NCBI RefSeq assembly: GCF_963921235.1
Contig: NC_086101.1
Coordinates: forward strand, 2,978,001-3,042,000
Source: Mobula hypostoma
Lineage: Eukaryota
Length of the DNA: 64,000 nucleotides
Direction of reading: 5' to 3'
The notes beneath the pieces are model-generated. The model worked only from the letters and a program-made list of their open reading frames with translations. It had not been told where the DNA came from and made no database searches. The position numbers and the translations under genes were made by a program. Shown one piece after another: positions 51,238 to 64,000 of the stretch (position 1 is its first letter; each line of letters opens with the position of its first letter).

Positions 51238-54200
51238 ATTCGAAGAAGGAGTCTGAGAGTCTGAGTGGGAGTGCCGAGAAAGAGATTTTTGAAATTTTCG
51301 TTATTTTTTTTCTCCAACGGCTTTCTGAGAGGCGGGACTGCACAGGCGTGTGACGTCGGGCAGTGCAGCGCGGCAGATTTAAAAGGAACAGAGCCTCATA
51401 GAGCGGGCAGCGTAGTTTGCGGGCAGCAGAGTGAGCCGGGAGCAGAGTGAAGACTTAAGGGCTTCGGCTCACCGGGCTTAGGCGGAAGCGGGTGAGGCGA
51501 GGAAGGTTTGACATTCATTTTCTGTTGCTATTTGAGGAGAGGGGCATTATGACTGTGAGGGCAGTTTGCTGTTCTCGGTGTCGGATGTGGGAGGCCCTGG
51601 AGTCTCCAAGCCTCCCGGACGTCTACATCTGCGCCAAGTGCATCGAGATGCAGCTCCTAAGGGACCGCGTTACGGAACTGGAGCTGCAGCTCGATGACCT
51701 TCGTCTGGTCAGGGAGAGCGAGGAGGTGATAGAGAGGAGTGGAAGGCAGGTGGTCACGCCGGGGCCACGGGAGGCAGACAAGTGGGTCACGGTTAGGAGG
51801 GGGAAGGGGAAAAGGCAGGTGATGGGGAGTACCCCGGTGGCTGTGCCCCTTAACAACAGGTACTCCTGTTTGAGTACTGTTGGAGGGGACAGCTTACCCG
51901 GGGGAAGCGACAGTGGCCCTGCCTCCGGCACAGAGTCTGGCCCTGTAGCTCAGAAGGGTAGGGCAAGGAAGAGGAGGGCAGTTGTGATAGGGGACTCGAT
52001 AGTAAGGGGGTCAGATAGGCGATTCTGTGGACGCAGTCCAGAGACCCGGATGGTAGTTTGCCTCCCTGGTGCCAGGGTCCGAGATATTTCTGATCGTGTC
52101 CAAGATATCCTGAAGTGGGAGGGTGAAGAGCCAGAGGTCCTGGTACATATAGGTACCAATGACATAGGTAGGAAAAGGGATGAGGTCCTGAAAGAAGAAT
52201 ATAGGGAGCTAGGAAGGGAGTTGAGAAAAAGGACCGCAAAGGTAGTAATCTCGGGATTACTGCCTGTGCCACGCGACAGTGAGAATAGGAATGCGATGAG
52301 GTGGAGGATAAATGCGTGGCTGAGGGATTGGAGCAGGGGGCAGGGATTCAAGTTTTTGGATCATTGGGACCTCTATTGGTGCAGGCGTGACCTGTACAAA
52401 AAGGACGGGTTACACTTAAATCCTAGGGGGATCAATATCCTGGCAGGGAGATTAGCGGGGGCTACTGAGGTGACTTTAAACTAGAATGGTTGGGGGGTGG
52501 GAATCAAATTAAAGAGGCTAGGTGTGAGGAGGTTAGTTCACAACAGAGGGATGGGAACCAGTGCAGAGAGACAGAGGGGTGTAAAGTGAGCGTAGAAGCA
52601 AAAAGTACAAAGGGGAAAAGTAAAAGTGGCAGGCCGACAAATCCAGGGCAAGCATTAAAACGGGCTAAGAGAGTTGTAAAAGAGCGCCCGAAGGCTTTAT
52701 GTGTCAATGCAAGGAGCATTCATAATAAGGTGGATGAATTGAAAGTGCAGATTGTTATTAATGATTATGATATAGTTGGGATCACAGAGACATGGCTCCA
52801 GGGTGACCAGGGATGGGAGCTCAACATTCAGGGATATTCAATATTCAGGAGGGATAGACATGAAGGAAGGGGATGTGGGGTGGCGTTGCTGGTTAAAAAA
52901 GAGATTAACGCAATAGAAAGGAAGGACATAAGCCGGGAAGATGTGGAATCGATATGGGTAGAGCTGCGTAACACTAAGGGGCAGAAGACGCTGGTGGGAG
53001 TTGTGTACAGGCCACCTAACAGTAGTAGTGAGGTCGGAGATGGTATTAAACAGGAAATTAGAAATGTGTGCAATAAAGGAACAGCAGTTATAATGGGTGA
53101 CTTCAATCTACATGTAGACTGGGTGAACCAAATTGGTAAAGGTGCTGAGGAAGAGGATTTCTTGGAATGTATGCGGGATGGTTTTTTGAACCAACATGTC
53201 GAGGAACCGACTAGAGAGCAGGCTATTCTGGACTGGGTTTTGAGCAATGAGGAAGGGTTAATTAGCGATCTTGTCGTGAGAGGCCCCTTGGGTAAGAGTG
53301 ACCATAATATGGTGGAATTCTTCATTAACATGGAGAGTGACATAGTTAATTCAGAAACAAAGGTTCTGAACGTAAAGAGGGGTAACTTTGAAGGTATGAG
53401 TCGTGAATTAGCTAAGATAGACTGGCAAATGACACTTCAAGGATTGACGGTGGATATGCAATGGCAGGCATTTAAAGGTTGCATGGATGAACTACAACAA
53501 TTGTTCATCCCAGTTTGGCAAAAGAATAAATCAAGGAAGGTAGTGCACCCGTGGCTGACAAGAGAAATTAGGGATAGTATCAATTCCAAAGAAGTAGCAT
53601 ACAAATTAGCCAGAGAAAGTGGCTCACCTGAGGACTGGGAGAAATTCAGAGTTCAGCAGAGGAGGACAAAGGGCTTAATTAGGAAGGGGAAAAAAGATTA
53701 TGAGAGAAAACTGGCAGAGAACATAAAAACGGACAGTAAAAGCTTTTATAGATATGTAAAAAGGAAAAGACTGATAAAGACAAATGTAGGTCCCCTGCAG
53801 ACAGAAACAGGTGAATTGATTATGGGGAGCAAGGACATGGCAGACCAATTGAATAATTACTTTGGTTCTGTCTTCACTAAGGAGGACATAAATAATCTTC
53901 CAGAAATAGTAAGGGACAGAGGGTCCAGTGAGATGGAGGAACTGAGTGAAATACATGTTAGTAGGGAAGTGGTGTTAGGTAAATTGAAGGGATTGAAGGC
54001 AGATAAATCCCCAGGGCCAGATGGTCTGCATCCCAGAGTGCTTAAGGAAGTAGCCCAAGAAATAGTGGATGCATTAGTGATAATTTTTCAAAACTCGTTA
54101 GATTCTGGACTAGTTCCTGAGGATTGGAGGGTGGCTAATGTAACCCCACTTTTTAAAAAAGGAGGGAGAGAGAAACCGGGGAATTATAGGCCGGTTAGCC

Positions 54201-55549
54201 TAACGTCGGTGGTGGGGAAACTGCTGGAGTCAGTTATCAAGGATGTGATAACAGCACATTTGGAAAGCGGTGAAATGATCGGACAAAGTCAGCATGGATT
54301 TGTGAAAGGAAAATCATGTCTGACGAATCTCATAGAATTTTTTGAGGATGTAACTAGTAGAGTGGATGGGGAGAACCAGTGGATGTGGTATATTTGGATT
54401 TTCAAAAGGCTTTTGACAAGGTCCCACACAGGAGATTAGTGTGCAAACTTAAAGCACACGGTATTGGGGGTAAGGTATTGGTGTGGGTGGAGAATTGGTT
54501 AGCAGACAGGAAGCAAAGAGTGGGAATAAATGGGACCTTTTCAGAATGGCAGGCGGTGACTAGTGGGGTACCGCAAGGCTCAGTGCTGGGACCCCAGTTG
54601 TTTACAATATATATTAATGACTTGGATGAGGGAATTAAATGCAGCATCTCCAAGTTTGCGGATGACACGAAGCTGGGTGGCAGTGTTAGCTGTGAGGAGG
54701 ATGCTAAGAGGATGCAGGGTGACTTGGATATGTTGGGTGAGTGGGCAAATTCATGGCAGATGCAATTTAATGTGGATAAATGTGAAGTTATCCACTTTGG
54801 TGGCAAAAATAGGAAAACAGATTATTATCTGAATGGTGGCCGATTAGGAAAAGGGGAGTTGCAACGAGACCTGGGTGTCATTATACACCAGTCATTGAAT
54901 GTGGGCATGCAGGTACAGCAGGCGGTGAAAAAGGCGAATGGTATGCTGGCATTTATAGCGAGAGGATTCGAGTACAGGAGCAGGGAGGTACTACTGCAGT
55001 TGTACAAGGCCTTGGTGAGACCACACCTGGAGCATTGTGTGCAGTTTTGGTCCCCTAATCTGAGGAAAGACATCCTTGCCATAGAGGGAGTACAAAGAAG
55101 AAAGACTGGATGAACTGGGCTTGTACTCGTTGGAATTTAGAAGATTGAGGGGGGATCTGATTGAAACGTATAAAATCCTAAAGGGATTGGACAGGCTAGA
55201 TGCAGGAAGATTGTTCCCGATGTTGGGGAAGTCCAGTACGAGGGGCCACAGTTTGAGGATAGAGGGGAAGCCTTTTAGGACCGAGATTAGGAAAAACTTC
55301 TTCACACAGAGAGTGGTGAATCTGTGGAATTCTCTGCCACAGGAAACTGTTGAGGCCAGTTCATTGGCTATATTTAAGAGGGAGTTAGATATGGCCCTTG
55401 TGGCTACGGGGGTCAGGGGGTATGGAGGGAAGGCTGGGGCGGGGTTCTGAGTTGGATGATCAGCCATGATCATAATAAATGGTGGTGCAGGCTCGAAGGG
55501 CCGAATGGCCTACTCCTGCACCTATTTTCTATGTTTCTATGTTTCTATG
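51238..55549 (+). mobile_element. Near full-length young CR1 (intact ORF1 51492-52484; ORF2 with 1-nt frameshift near 54366 and about 50-nt deletion near 55100)
   Basis: Same 5' end (ATTCGAAGAAGG) and near-identical proteins to 23638-27967. Confidence 0.95.
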
Positions 55550-55781
55550 TCATTGGTACCCACATTGGCCATGACAACTGCATCTTTCCCCTTCCACTGC
55601 AAATTCCTCTACAGGTCAGATAAGATGTTCCAAACCCAGGCACCAGGCAGGTAAAACAATCTTCAGGACGCTCTATCCCTGCGACAGAATATATACATAC
55701 ATACATACATATACATATACACACACACACACACATATATATATATAAATAAATAATATTAAAATGTAAAATATAAGAACT

Positions 55782-55817
<36 letters not shown>

Positions 55818-55820
<3 letters not shown>

Positions 55821-57408
55821 GACAACAGGGTGACCCGTTGGGACACGCTTTGGGAGAAGGGTAGTGCAGTCTAATGTGACCAGAATGTACATTAAATTTT
55901 CCTGAATGCTATTGGTATCACTTTGCTTTGGAAACTGAAGTAGTAAACCTCAGTTTATTAAAGAAGAACGACACGTAGCAGGGCAATATGGCTCCTCCTC
56001 GTTTAACGAAGGACACGTTTGATGGCATCATTTCTGGTTTATCTGCCACCCTTGTGCCTCTCGTTGTCATTCTGGAGATGTGCAGTCCTTTCATCCTCCA
56101 TCTCTTCATCTCTTCTGCTGTTTAACTCTGATCCTGGAAACATGCATCCCTCTCCTCCTCTGTCTCTTCTTCTCTCGTCTTTTTTTGTCCTGACTCTTTG
56201 ATCCTGGAGTCGTGCGGCCCTCGCCTCATCCGATTCTTCTTCTCTCCCTCTCCTTGCGCTTCCCAATGACGTTTGGCATTATCTCTTGACCATAATGTCC
56301 CCCTTCCCTTTCCACTCTGCATAATTAGGCTGACCATTTTTTAAAACCCTAATGCTGGATAGAAGATACGAAGCAGTAACAGCAAAGGATGCTGATTATT
56401 CTTGATGATGTGGTTGGCACTCTCCTAAATGGACGTGATATAGTCACCGCTGTCCTTTGACAGCAGCAAAGGGTTTTATGGGTGTCTGGAAGTACGTCAT
56501 TACAATAAGATTTAATTATCTCTTAATGATGGGTGGCAGTTAGAAATGTCCCAATCCTGCACATGCTGATGGTGATGTGACCCCTCGAAATAGAGCTGCC
56601 CTGCCCTTTTGCTCCGGTAGGTGTCGCTGCTGAGGCTGGCTGTGTGCATGACAATAAACTGGACTGGTCTAAGAACACTGAGGGTGTCTACAAGAAGGGT
56701 CAGAACCGTCTCTATTTCCTGAGGAGACTGAGGTCCTTTAACATCTGCCGGGCAATGCTGAGGATGTTCTATGAGTCTGTGGTGGCCAGTGCTATCATGT
56801 TTGCTGTTGTGTGCTGGGACAGCAGGCTGAGGGTAGCAGACACCAACAGGATCAACAAACTCATTCGTAAGGCCAGTGATGTTGTGGGGATGGAACTGGA
56901 CTCTCTCACAGTGGTGTCTGAAAAGAGGATGCTGTCTAAGTTGCATGCCATCTTGGTCAATGTCTCCCATCCACTACATAATGTACTGGTTGGGCACAGG
57001 AGTACATTCAGCCAGAGACTCATTCCACCGAGATGCAACACAGAGCGTCATAGGAAGTCATTCCTGCCTGTGGCCATCAAACTTTACAACTCCTCCCTTG
57101 GAGGGTCAGACACCCTGAGCCAATAGGCTGGTCCTGGACTTATTTCCTGGCATAATTTACAAATTACTATTTAATTATTTATGGCTTTATTACTATTTAA
57201 TTATTTATGGTGCGAGTGTAATGAAAACCAATTTCCCCTGGGATCAATAGAGTATGACTATGACTGCGTGTCGGTGCTGAGGCTGGCCGTGCGCTTGCGT
57301 CGGGGGTCACGTCCCGATTTCCATGATGTCGGGTGAAAGGCAGCCCTGTTGATTTTTGGCGAATGAGCAATTTTATATGAATATATAACCCCGAACTTTG
57401 CTTGCACT
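55818..57408 (-). mobile_element. Non-autonomous Helitron copy 1 (5'-truncated by CR1 57409-57712) containing a Rex/Babar insert (about 56648-57267)
   Basis: 3' CTAG at 55818-21 preceded by hairpin GTGTCCC-AAC-GGGTCAC; R/E-rich repeats (EEESDEARAARLQDQR) resembling a RepHel N-terminus. Confidence 0.65.
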
Positions 57409-57712
57409 CGAGGGGTCACAGTTTGAGGATAGAGGGGAAGCCTTTTAGGACCGAGATTAGGAAAAACTTCTTCACACAGAGAGTGGTGAATCTGTGGAAT
57501 TCTCTGCCACAGCAAACTGTTGAGGCCAGTTCATTGGCTATGTTTAAGAGGAAGTTAGATATGGCCCTTGTGGCTACAGGGGTCAGGGGGTATGGAGGGA
57601 AGGCTGGGTTCTGAGTTGGATGATCAGCCATGATCATAATAAATGGCGGTGCAGTCTCAAAGGGCCGAATGGCCTACTCCTGCACCTATTTTCTATGTTT
57701 CTATGTTTCTAT

Positions 57713-58850
57713 AAACTTCTGTCACCTACCCTGTCTCGTTCCCTGGGGGAAATGGACCATTGCATCCTCTGTCACTGGGGCTTCTACATGCTGATTAAGG
57801 GAACTTTTTTTGAACGCGTTTGACAAACTCTATCCTATCTAGTCCTTTTACAGTGTGGGAGTCTCAATCAATATATGAAAGGTTAAAATAGCCTACTAAA
57901 ACAACACTATGTTTCTTGCAACAGTCTGTGATCTCTCTACAGGTTTGTTCCTCTAAATACCTGGTCTGTTGAGTGGTCGGTAATATAGCCTCATTAATGT
58001 TTTCCTTTGTCTCGTACTTCTCAGTTTGATCTGTATAGACTCGCTAGACAAGTTCTGCAGTCTGTCCAGACTGAACACTGCTGTGACATTTTCCCTGTCT
58101 AGGAAAACCACCCTGCTTCCTTTAACCCCTCCCTCTCTGTCGTGTTTGAAACAACAGAATATCGAGCTGCCACTCCTCCCCCTCCTGCAACCAAGTCTCA
58201 CTAATGGCTACAATATCCTAATTCCAGGTGTTGATCCACACTCTGAGATCACCCACCTTTCCTATGATTCTTCTTCCTTTGAAATATACACAGCTCAGGA
58301 TAGAAATCACACTATCATTACCCTTTTGACTCTTGACTTTGTCTGAGGTCTTACCAACATCGGTCTCCACGACCTCTCCATTATCTGTTCTGGCACTCTG
58401 GTTCCCATCCCCCTACAATTCTAGTTTAAATCCCACCGTGTCTCACTATCAACCCATCCCACAAAGACATTAGTCCCCCTCCAGTTCAGGTGCAAACTGT
58501 CTCTTCCGTACAGCTCCCACTTTCTCCGGAAGAGAGCCTTATGATCCAACCCCAACTCCCTCCTTCCTACACCACTCCTTAGTCACTGTATAATCTTCAT
58601 GTTTCTGGCCTCACTAGCATGTGGCATGGTAGCAATCCTGAGATCACAGCCCTGGAGTTCCAGCCCTTTAACTTACAACCTCACTCCCTGAACTCTCTTT
58701 GCATGAACCTCGTCACTCTTCCTGCCTATGTCATTGATCCCTACCTATATGGACCACGACCTCTGGCTGCTCACACTCCCACTTAGGAACGCTGAGGACT
58801 CAATCCGAGATGCCCTGGACACTGGCACCCAGGAAGCAACGTACCAATTT
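57713..58850 (-). mobile_element. Old CR1 (third family) ORF1-end/APE fragment
   Basis: LYYRPLN and DREGGVKG remnants; ORF1/ORF2 junction at 58421-58430. Confidence 0.7.
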
Positions 58851-59109
58851 TCAGGTGACTCAGGTAGTAATCCAGAAATTACCACCTTTTTGGTTCTGCT
58901 TTTTAATTTAGTCCCTAGCAGCTCAAATTCCCTCAGCAGAATCTCTTTCCTTGTTCTACCTATGTCATTGGTACCCACATTGGCTATGACAACTGCATCT
59001 TTCCCCTTCCACTGCAAATTCCTCTACAGGTCAGATAAGATGTTCCGAACCCAGGCACCAGGCAGGTAAAACAATCTTCAGGACGCTCTATCCCTGCGAC
59101 AGAATATAT

Positions 59110-59160
<51 letters not shown>

Positions 59161-59204
59161 AATAATATTAAACTGTAAAATATAAGAACTGATATATATA
59201 CACA

Positions 59205-60909
59205 CTAGACAACAGGGTGACCCGTTGGGGCACGCTTTGGGAGAAGGGTAGTGCAGTCTAATGTGACCAGAATGTACATTAAATTTTCCTGAATGCTATT
59301 GGTATCACTTTGCTTTGGAAACTGAAGTAGTAAACCTCAGTTTATTAAAGAAGAACGACATGTAGCAGGGCAAATATGGCTCCTCCTCGTTTAATGAAGG
59401 ACAGTTCTGATGGCATCATTTCTGGTTTATCTGCCACCCTTGTGCCTCTCGTTGTCATTCTGGAGATGTGCAGTCCTTTCATCCCCCATCTCTTCATCTC
59501 TTCTGCTGTTTAACTCTGATCCTGGAAACATGCATCCCTCTCCTCCTCTGTCTCTTCTTCTCTCGTCTTTTTTTGTCCTGACTCTTTGATCCTGGAGTCT
59601 CTGGCCTCATCCGATTCTTCTTCTCTTCCTCTCCTTGCCGCTTCCCGATGACGTTTGGCATTATCTCTTGACCATAATGTCCCCCTTCCCTTTCCACTCT
59701 GCATAATTAGGCTGACCATTTTTTTAAACCCTAATACTGGATAGAAGATACGAAGCAGTAACGCCAAAGGATGCTGATTATTCTTGATGATGTGGTTGGC
59801 ACTCTCCTAAATGGACGTGATATAGTCACCGCTGTCCTTTGACAGCAGCAAAGGGTTTTATGGGTGTCTGGAAGTACGTCATTACAATAAGATTTAATTA
59901 TCTCTTATTGATGGGTGGCAGTTTGATCTGTCCCAATCCTGCACATGCTGATGGTGATGTGACCCCTCGAAATAGAGCTGCCCTGCCCTTTTGCTCCGGT
60001 AGGTGTCGCTGCTGAGGCTGGCTGTGTGCATGACAATAAACTGGACTGGTCTAAGAACACTGAGGCTGTCTACAAGAAGGGTCAGAGCCGTCTCTATCTC
60101 CTGAGGAGACTGAGGTCCTTTAACATCTGCCGGGCGATGCTGAGGATGTTCTACGAGTCTGTGGTGGCCAGTGCTATCATGTCTGCTGTTGTGTGCTGGG
60201 GCAGCAGGCTGAGGGTAGCAGACACCAACAGAATCAACAAACTCATTCGTAAGGCCAGTGATGTTGTGGGGATGGAACTGGACTCTCTGACGGTGGTGTC
60301 TGAAAAGAGGATGCTGTCCAAGTTGCATGCCATCTTGTCTCCCGTCCACTACATAATGGCACAGGAGTACATTCAGCCAGAGACTCATTCCACCGAGATG
60401 CAACACAGAGCATCATAGGAAGTCATTCCTGCCTGTGGCCATCAAACTTTACAACTCCTCCCTTGGAGGGTCAGACACCTTGAGCCAATAGGCTGGTCCT
60501 GGACTTATTTCCTGGCACAATTTACATATTACTATTTAATAATTTATGGTTTTATCACTATTTAATTATTTATGGTGCAACTGTAACGAAAACCAATTTC
60601 CCCCAGGATCAATAGAGTACGACTACGACTATGTGTCGGTGCTGAGGCTGGCCGTGCGCTTGCATTGGGCTGTCGCGTCCCGATTTGCATGAAGTCGGGT
60701 GAAAGGCAGCCTTGTTGATTTTTGGCGAATGAGCAATTTTATACGAATATATAACCCCGGACTTTGCTTGCACTCTGTAAGTTAGTGCATTTTAATTCGA
60801 TTCAGCCAAAACAAAAGTGCCGCTGTAATGCACAGTTTGCGCTAATTGGAGGTCACAAACAGACAGACAGAGCATGAGAGTTTTAGTAGAATAAATAAAT
60901 ATAGATAGA
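59205..60909 (-). mobile_element. Non-autonomous Helitron copy 2 with both termini, containing the same Rex/Babar insert (about 60030-60631)
   Basis: 5' TC at 60909-08, (TCTG)n near the 5' end, 3' hairpin plus CTAG at 59205-08, sits between A and T with no TSD. Confidence 0.72.
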
Positions 60910-61129
60910 TATCGGCCTCTGCGGCACCAGCTGTTGACTCTTAAATCTTACACACCTCTATCAAGTCACCTCCCATCCCGCTTGGTTTCAAAGAGTAAAA
61001 CCCGAGCCTGCTCAAACCTCCCTCACATGACACGCTCTCAAATCCGGGGAGCATCCTGGCGAATCTTCTCTAAAGCTTCGACATCCTTCCCACAGTAAGG
61101 TGACCGGAACACGACACGATATCCCAAGC

Positions 61130-61280
61130 ATCACACATCAAAGTTGCTGGTGGACACAGCAGGCCAGGCAGCATCTCTAGGAAGCTGTACAGTCGACGTT
61201 TCGGGCCGAGACCCTTCGCCAGGACTAACTGAAAGAAGAGCTAGTAAGAGATTTCAGTACCTGCATATTTCCTCGTGTTT
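61130..61280 (-). mobile_element. 150-bp mini Penelope-like insertion with 14-bp TSD
   Basis: ACGATATCCCAAGC at 61116-29 and 61281-94; hammerhead-like core at 61191-61226. Confidence 0.8.
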
Positions 61281-63559
61281 ACGATATCCCAAGCGCAGAT
61301 TCCTTCAGCAGTCTGTGTATTGGTGCACATTCCAGCCTCTGCAGGCTTTTGCGTCCCCACACTCCAACTGTGACCCAAACAACACACACACAATGCTGGA
61401 GGAGCTCAGCATCTTTGGAAAAAAGTACAGTTGAATTTTCCTCCGCAGGACTGGAGAGAAAGAAAGACCCGACAGCTTCGTCCGTCTGCAACCAGACACG
61501 TTGGCGTCCACACGCCACCATTCAGGCGTGTATATCTTCCTAAATCAGAGCCGTGACCGGACAGGGGCCTTACACCTCGATGTCTACCTGCACAGGGTTT
61601 TGTCTAACATTTTACCCTCTGCGCAGTTTTCCTTTATTTGGCCCGTCTGTCCCTACCAGTCGCGCTTCCCAACAACCTGCCAATGTAACACCCGCCTAAA
61701 TCACAGGACCATTTACAACGACCAATTCACCCACTAACCGGCATGTCTTTGGACTGTGGGAGAAAACCGGAGCACCCGGAGGAGATCCACACAGTCACGT
61801 GCTTACAAAGACGGCCGGAATTGAACTCCGAATACGCGGAGCTGTAACCGCTAAGCTATCTTGGCACCCAAATTCACTCTGCATTCTTGTTCGTCCGTGT
61901 TGAAAATCAATGTCCATTTATGGTCAAATCTGTGTTGGGGATCATTCTGGAGTTATAAAATCATGGACAGCCTGATTATGGGTCAACGTCTACAACAATT
62001 TTTGGGACACTTGGATTCTGTCGCATTGAAACAACAGATGAATGTTCCAGCCTTAATCGCTTCATTAAAGGGGTATTTTGTAACAGACTTCCGGTTAATT
62101 GTATATAGTTGGAGCCATCCAACACGGCAACAAGAGGTATATTTGAGTTTGTACTTAGAAACATTTCGGAACAGACACCGGTACTGAATATTCAAAGTTA
62201 CTATTGTAAACAAGTAATCTGATAAATTTACCCATCTATGTTCCAAATGTTAACACTAATTTGGTGATCAAAGCAACTAACGCTCTAGCTAATTGTTGAA
62301 GAAATTTAATCATGGATACAGACCTGGTGGCCTTGGCTGCGTAAATCCAGGGAAAAGGCTCTCCGGCCCCGCCAAACCCGTGAGATCGAGTCGTCTCCCC
62401 CGTCCCAAACCGCGGTTTGTTCGGATGCTGTGTAATTTCCTACCCTGTTACAAATTAGTGCCACAAATAACAGACAATGCAATGCGTAAGAATTATATTT
62501 ATGAATCTTAACTGAAGGGCTGGTAAAGGAAAGGGCCCATTTTAATTAAACAGTCAACAGTGCACAAGTTGGAGCTGACCATGAACGTCTCTGTCCCTCG
62601 GTCTGCGTGACAGCACACACCACCTTCCGAACGTCGCTCGCAATCCCTCTGAAACAAACGGGTCTCCCGGCGGGGCGGATCCTACGACCGCCTCTCCCCG
62701 GCGCCTTCTCTCTTCATCTTGATATTCATCTTCATATTGCAAGGAAGTATAGAGGTGATGTCAGATTTTGTCTTTTTGTCCAGAGTGTTGGGTTCGTCGA
62801 ACATTAGAGACTCCTTGATAGCCACATGGACGAAAGGTTATGGTCTGTTTAGGAGGGAAGCGTTAGATTAATCTCGGAGTAACTTAGGTCGGCACAATAC
62901 TGCCTGCACTGTGCCGTACTGTTCTATCGATCCATCAACACAGAGCGCCGAGCACATTTTATTTATTTAGAGATACCGTGCACCACAGGCCACCGAAACC
63001 CATTGGTTTAACTCGAGCCCAGTCACAATGGCCAATTAACCTACTACCCGATGCGTTTTTGGGCTGTGGGAAACCAGGGTGCGCGGAGCAAACCCACCCA
63101 GTACCGGGATTTTACTGCCTGTTACGCCGCTGGTGTTTCGGGCAGGAATGAAGGCCCTCCATCGCTGATTGTGTTCAGGGCTTCCTTCGTCATGTCAGTA
63201 GTCTCCTCCGATATCTCAAGCTGTAAGAGTGTTGTGCTGACCGCCACACTTCCATATTTGTGATGGCGGGCGGGGAGATTACCGGGTCTGAGAGAAGAGA
63301 GGGGCAGTGCGGTGACTGGTGAATTGGGGAAGAGTTTGAGAGGACAGGTTCCAGGCAGGGCAGTGAGCGGGGTAGAATTGGATGTTAGTGGGAAATCTCC
63401 TTCCTTATCTCTCAGAATCACGTTTAATATCACTGGCCTGCGTTGTGAAATTTGTTGTTTTGCGGCAACAGTATAATATGTTACATAATTTTCGAAACTA
63501 TAAAATATAAGAACTAATATATATATTAGCTATTATATTTTACAGTTTAATATAGATGT

Positions 63560-64000
63560 ATTCTGTCGCAGGGACAGAGTATCCTGAAGATTGTTTTGCC
63601 TGCCTGGTGCCCGGGTTCGGGACATCCTATCTGACCTGTAGAGGAATTTGCAGTGGAAGGGGAAAGATGCAGTTGCCGTGGTCAATGTGGGTACCAACGA
63701 CATCGGTAGAAGAAGGAAAGAGATTCTGCTGAGGGAATTTGAGCTGCTGGGGACCAAATTAAAAAGCAGAACCAAAAAGGTGGTCATCTCTGGATTACTT
63801 CCTGAGCCACTCGCAAATTGGCACAGGGTGAAGAAGATTAGAGAGTTCAAATGTGTGGCTTAAGGATTGGTGTGGGAGAAGTGTGTTTGAATTCATAGGA
63901 AACTGGCAGCAGTATTGGGGAAGAGGGATCTGTCCTAATGGGACAGGCTCCATCTGAACCGTGATGGGACCCGGATCCCGGTGAATGGCATAACTAGGGC
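63560..64000 (+). mobile_element. CR1 ORF1 (esterase) fragment, inverted relative to 58850-59105
   Basis: VNVGTNDIGRRRKEILLREFELLG...KVVISGLLPEP. Confidence 0.8.

Noticed and set aside
61300..63400. CpG-richer stretch that might hold another gene's exon or an LTR
   Set aside because: No convincing ORF with splice sites or paired termini; appears to be mixed SINE, PLE and unclassified repeats; unresolved without a database search.
1..64000. Prokaryotic systems (CRISPR, operons, retrons)
   Set aside because: No repeat-spacer array or operon structure; all RTs are eukaryotic non-LTR types.

Overview
This is eukaryotic, intron-containing, repeat-dense DNA. The repeat complement (CR1/L1/Rex-Babar/Penelope/tRNA-SINE) suggests a cartilaginous fish, probably a ray; this is inferred, not verified. 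The left 46.6 kb is a minus-strand tandem array of three paralogous two-Ig-domain (V+C2) CD2/SLAM-family-like membrane-protein genes (A, B, C) plus a collapsed relic of a fourth unit. Each paralog has been hit differently by retroelements: A has its promoter displaced 5.3 kb, B looks intact with a full-length CR1 in intron 1, and C has lost its start/signal exon and promoter. The rest is nested mobile DNA: CR1 (several families), L1, an RNase H-bearing I/Nimb-type LINE, Rex/Babar, Penelope-like elements with hammerhead cores, and a duplicated non-autonomous Helitron. The most notable hidden signal is at the CR1 ORF1/ORF2 junction. All five junctions (three families) end ORF1 with T-TTA-AAC-TAG, and in the four readable ones ORF2 opens in the -1 frame, a candidate programmed -1 ribosomal frameshift. 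Coordinates were derived by eye and repeat boundaries are approximate.
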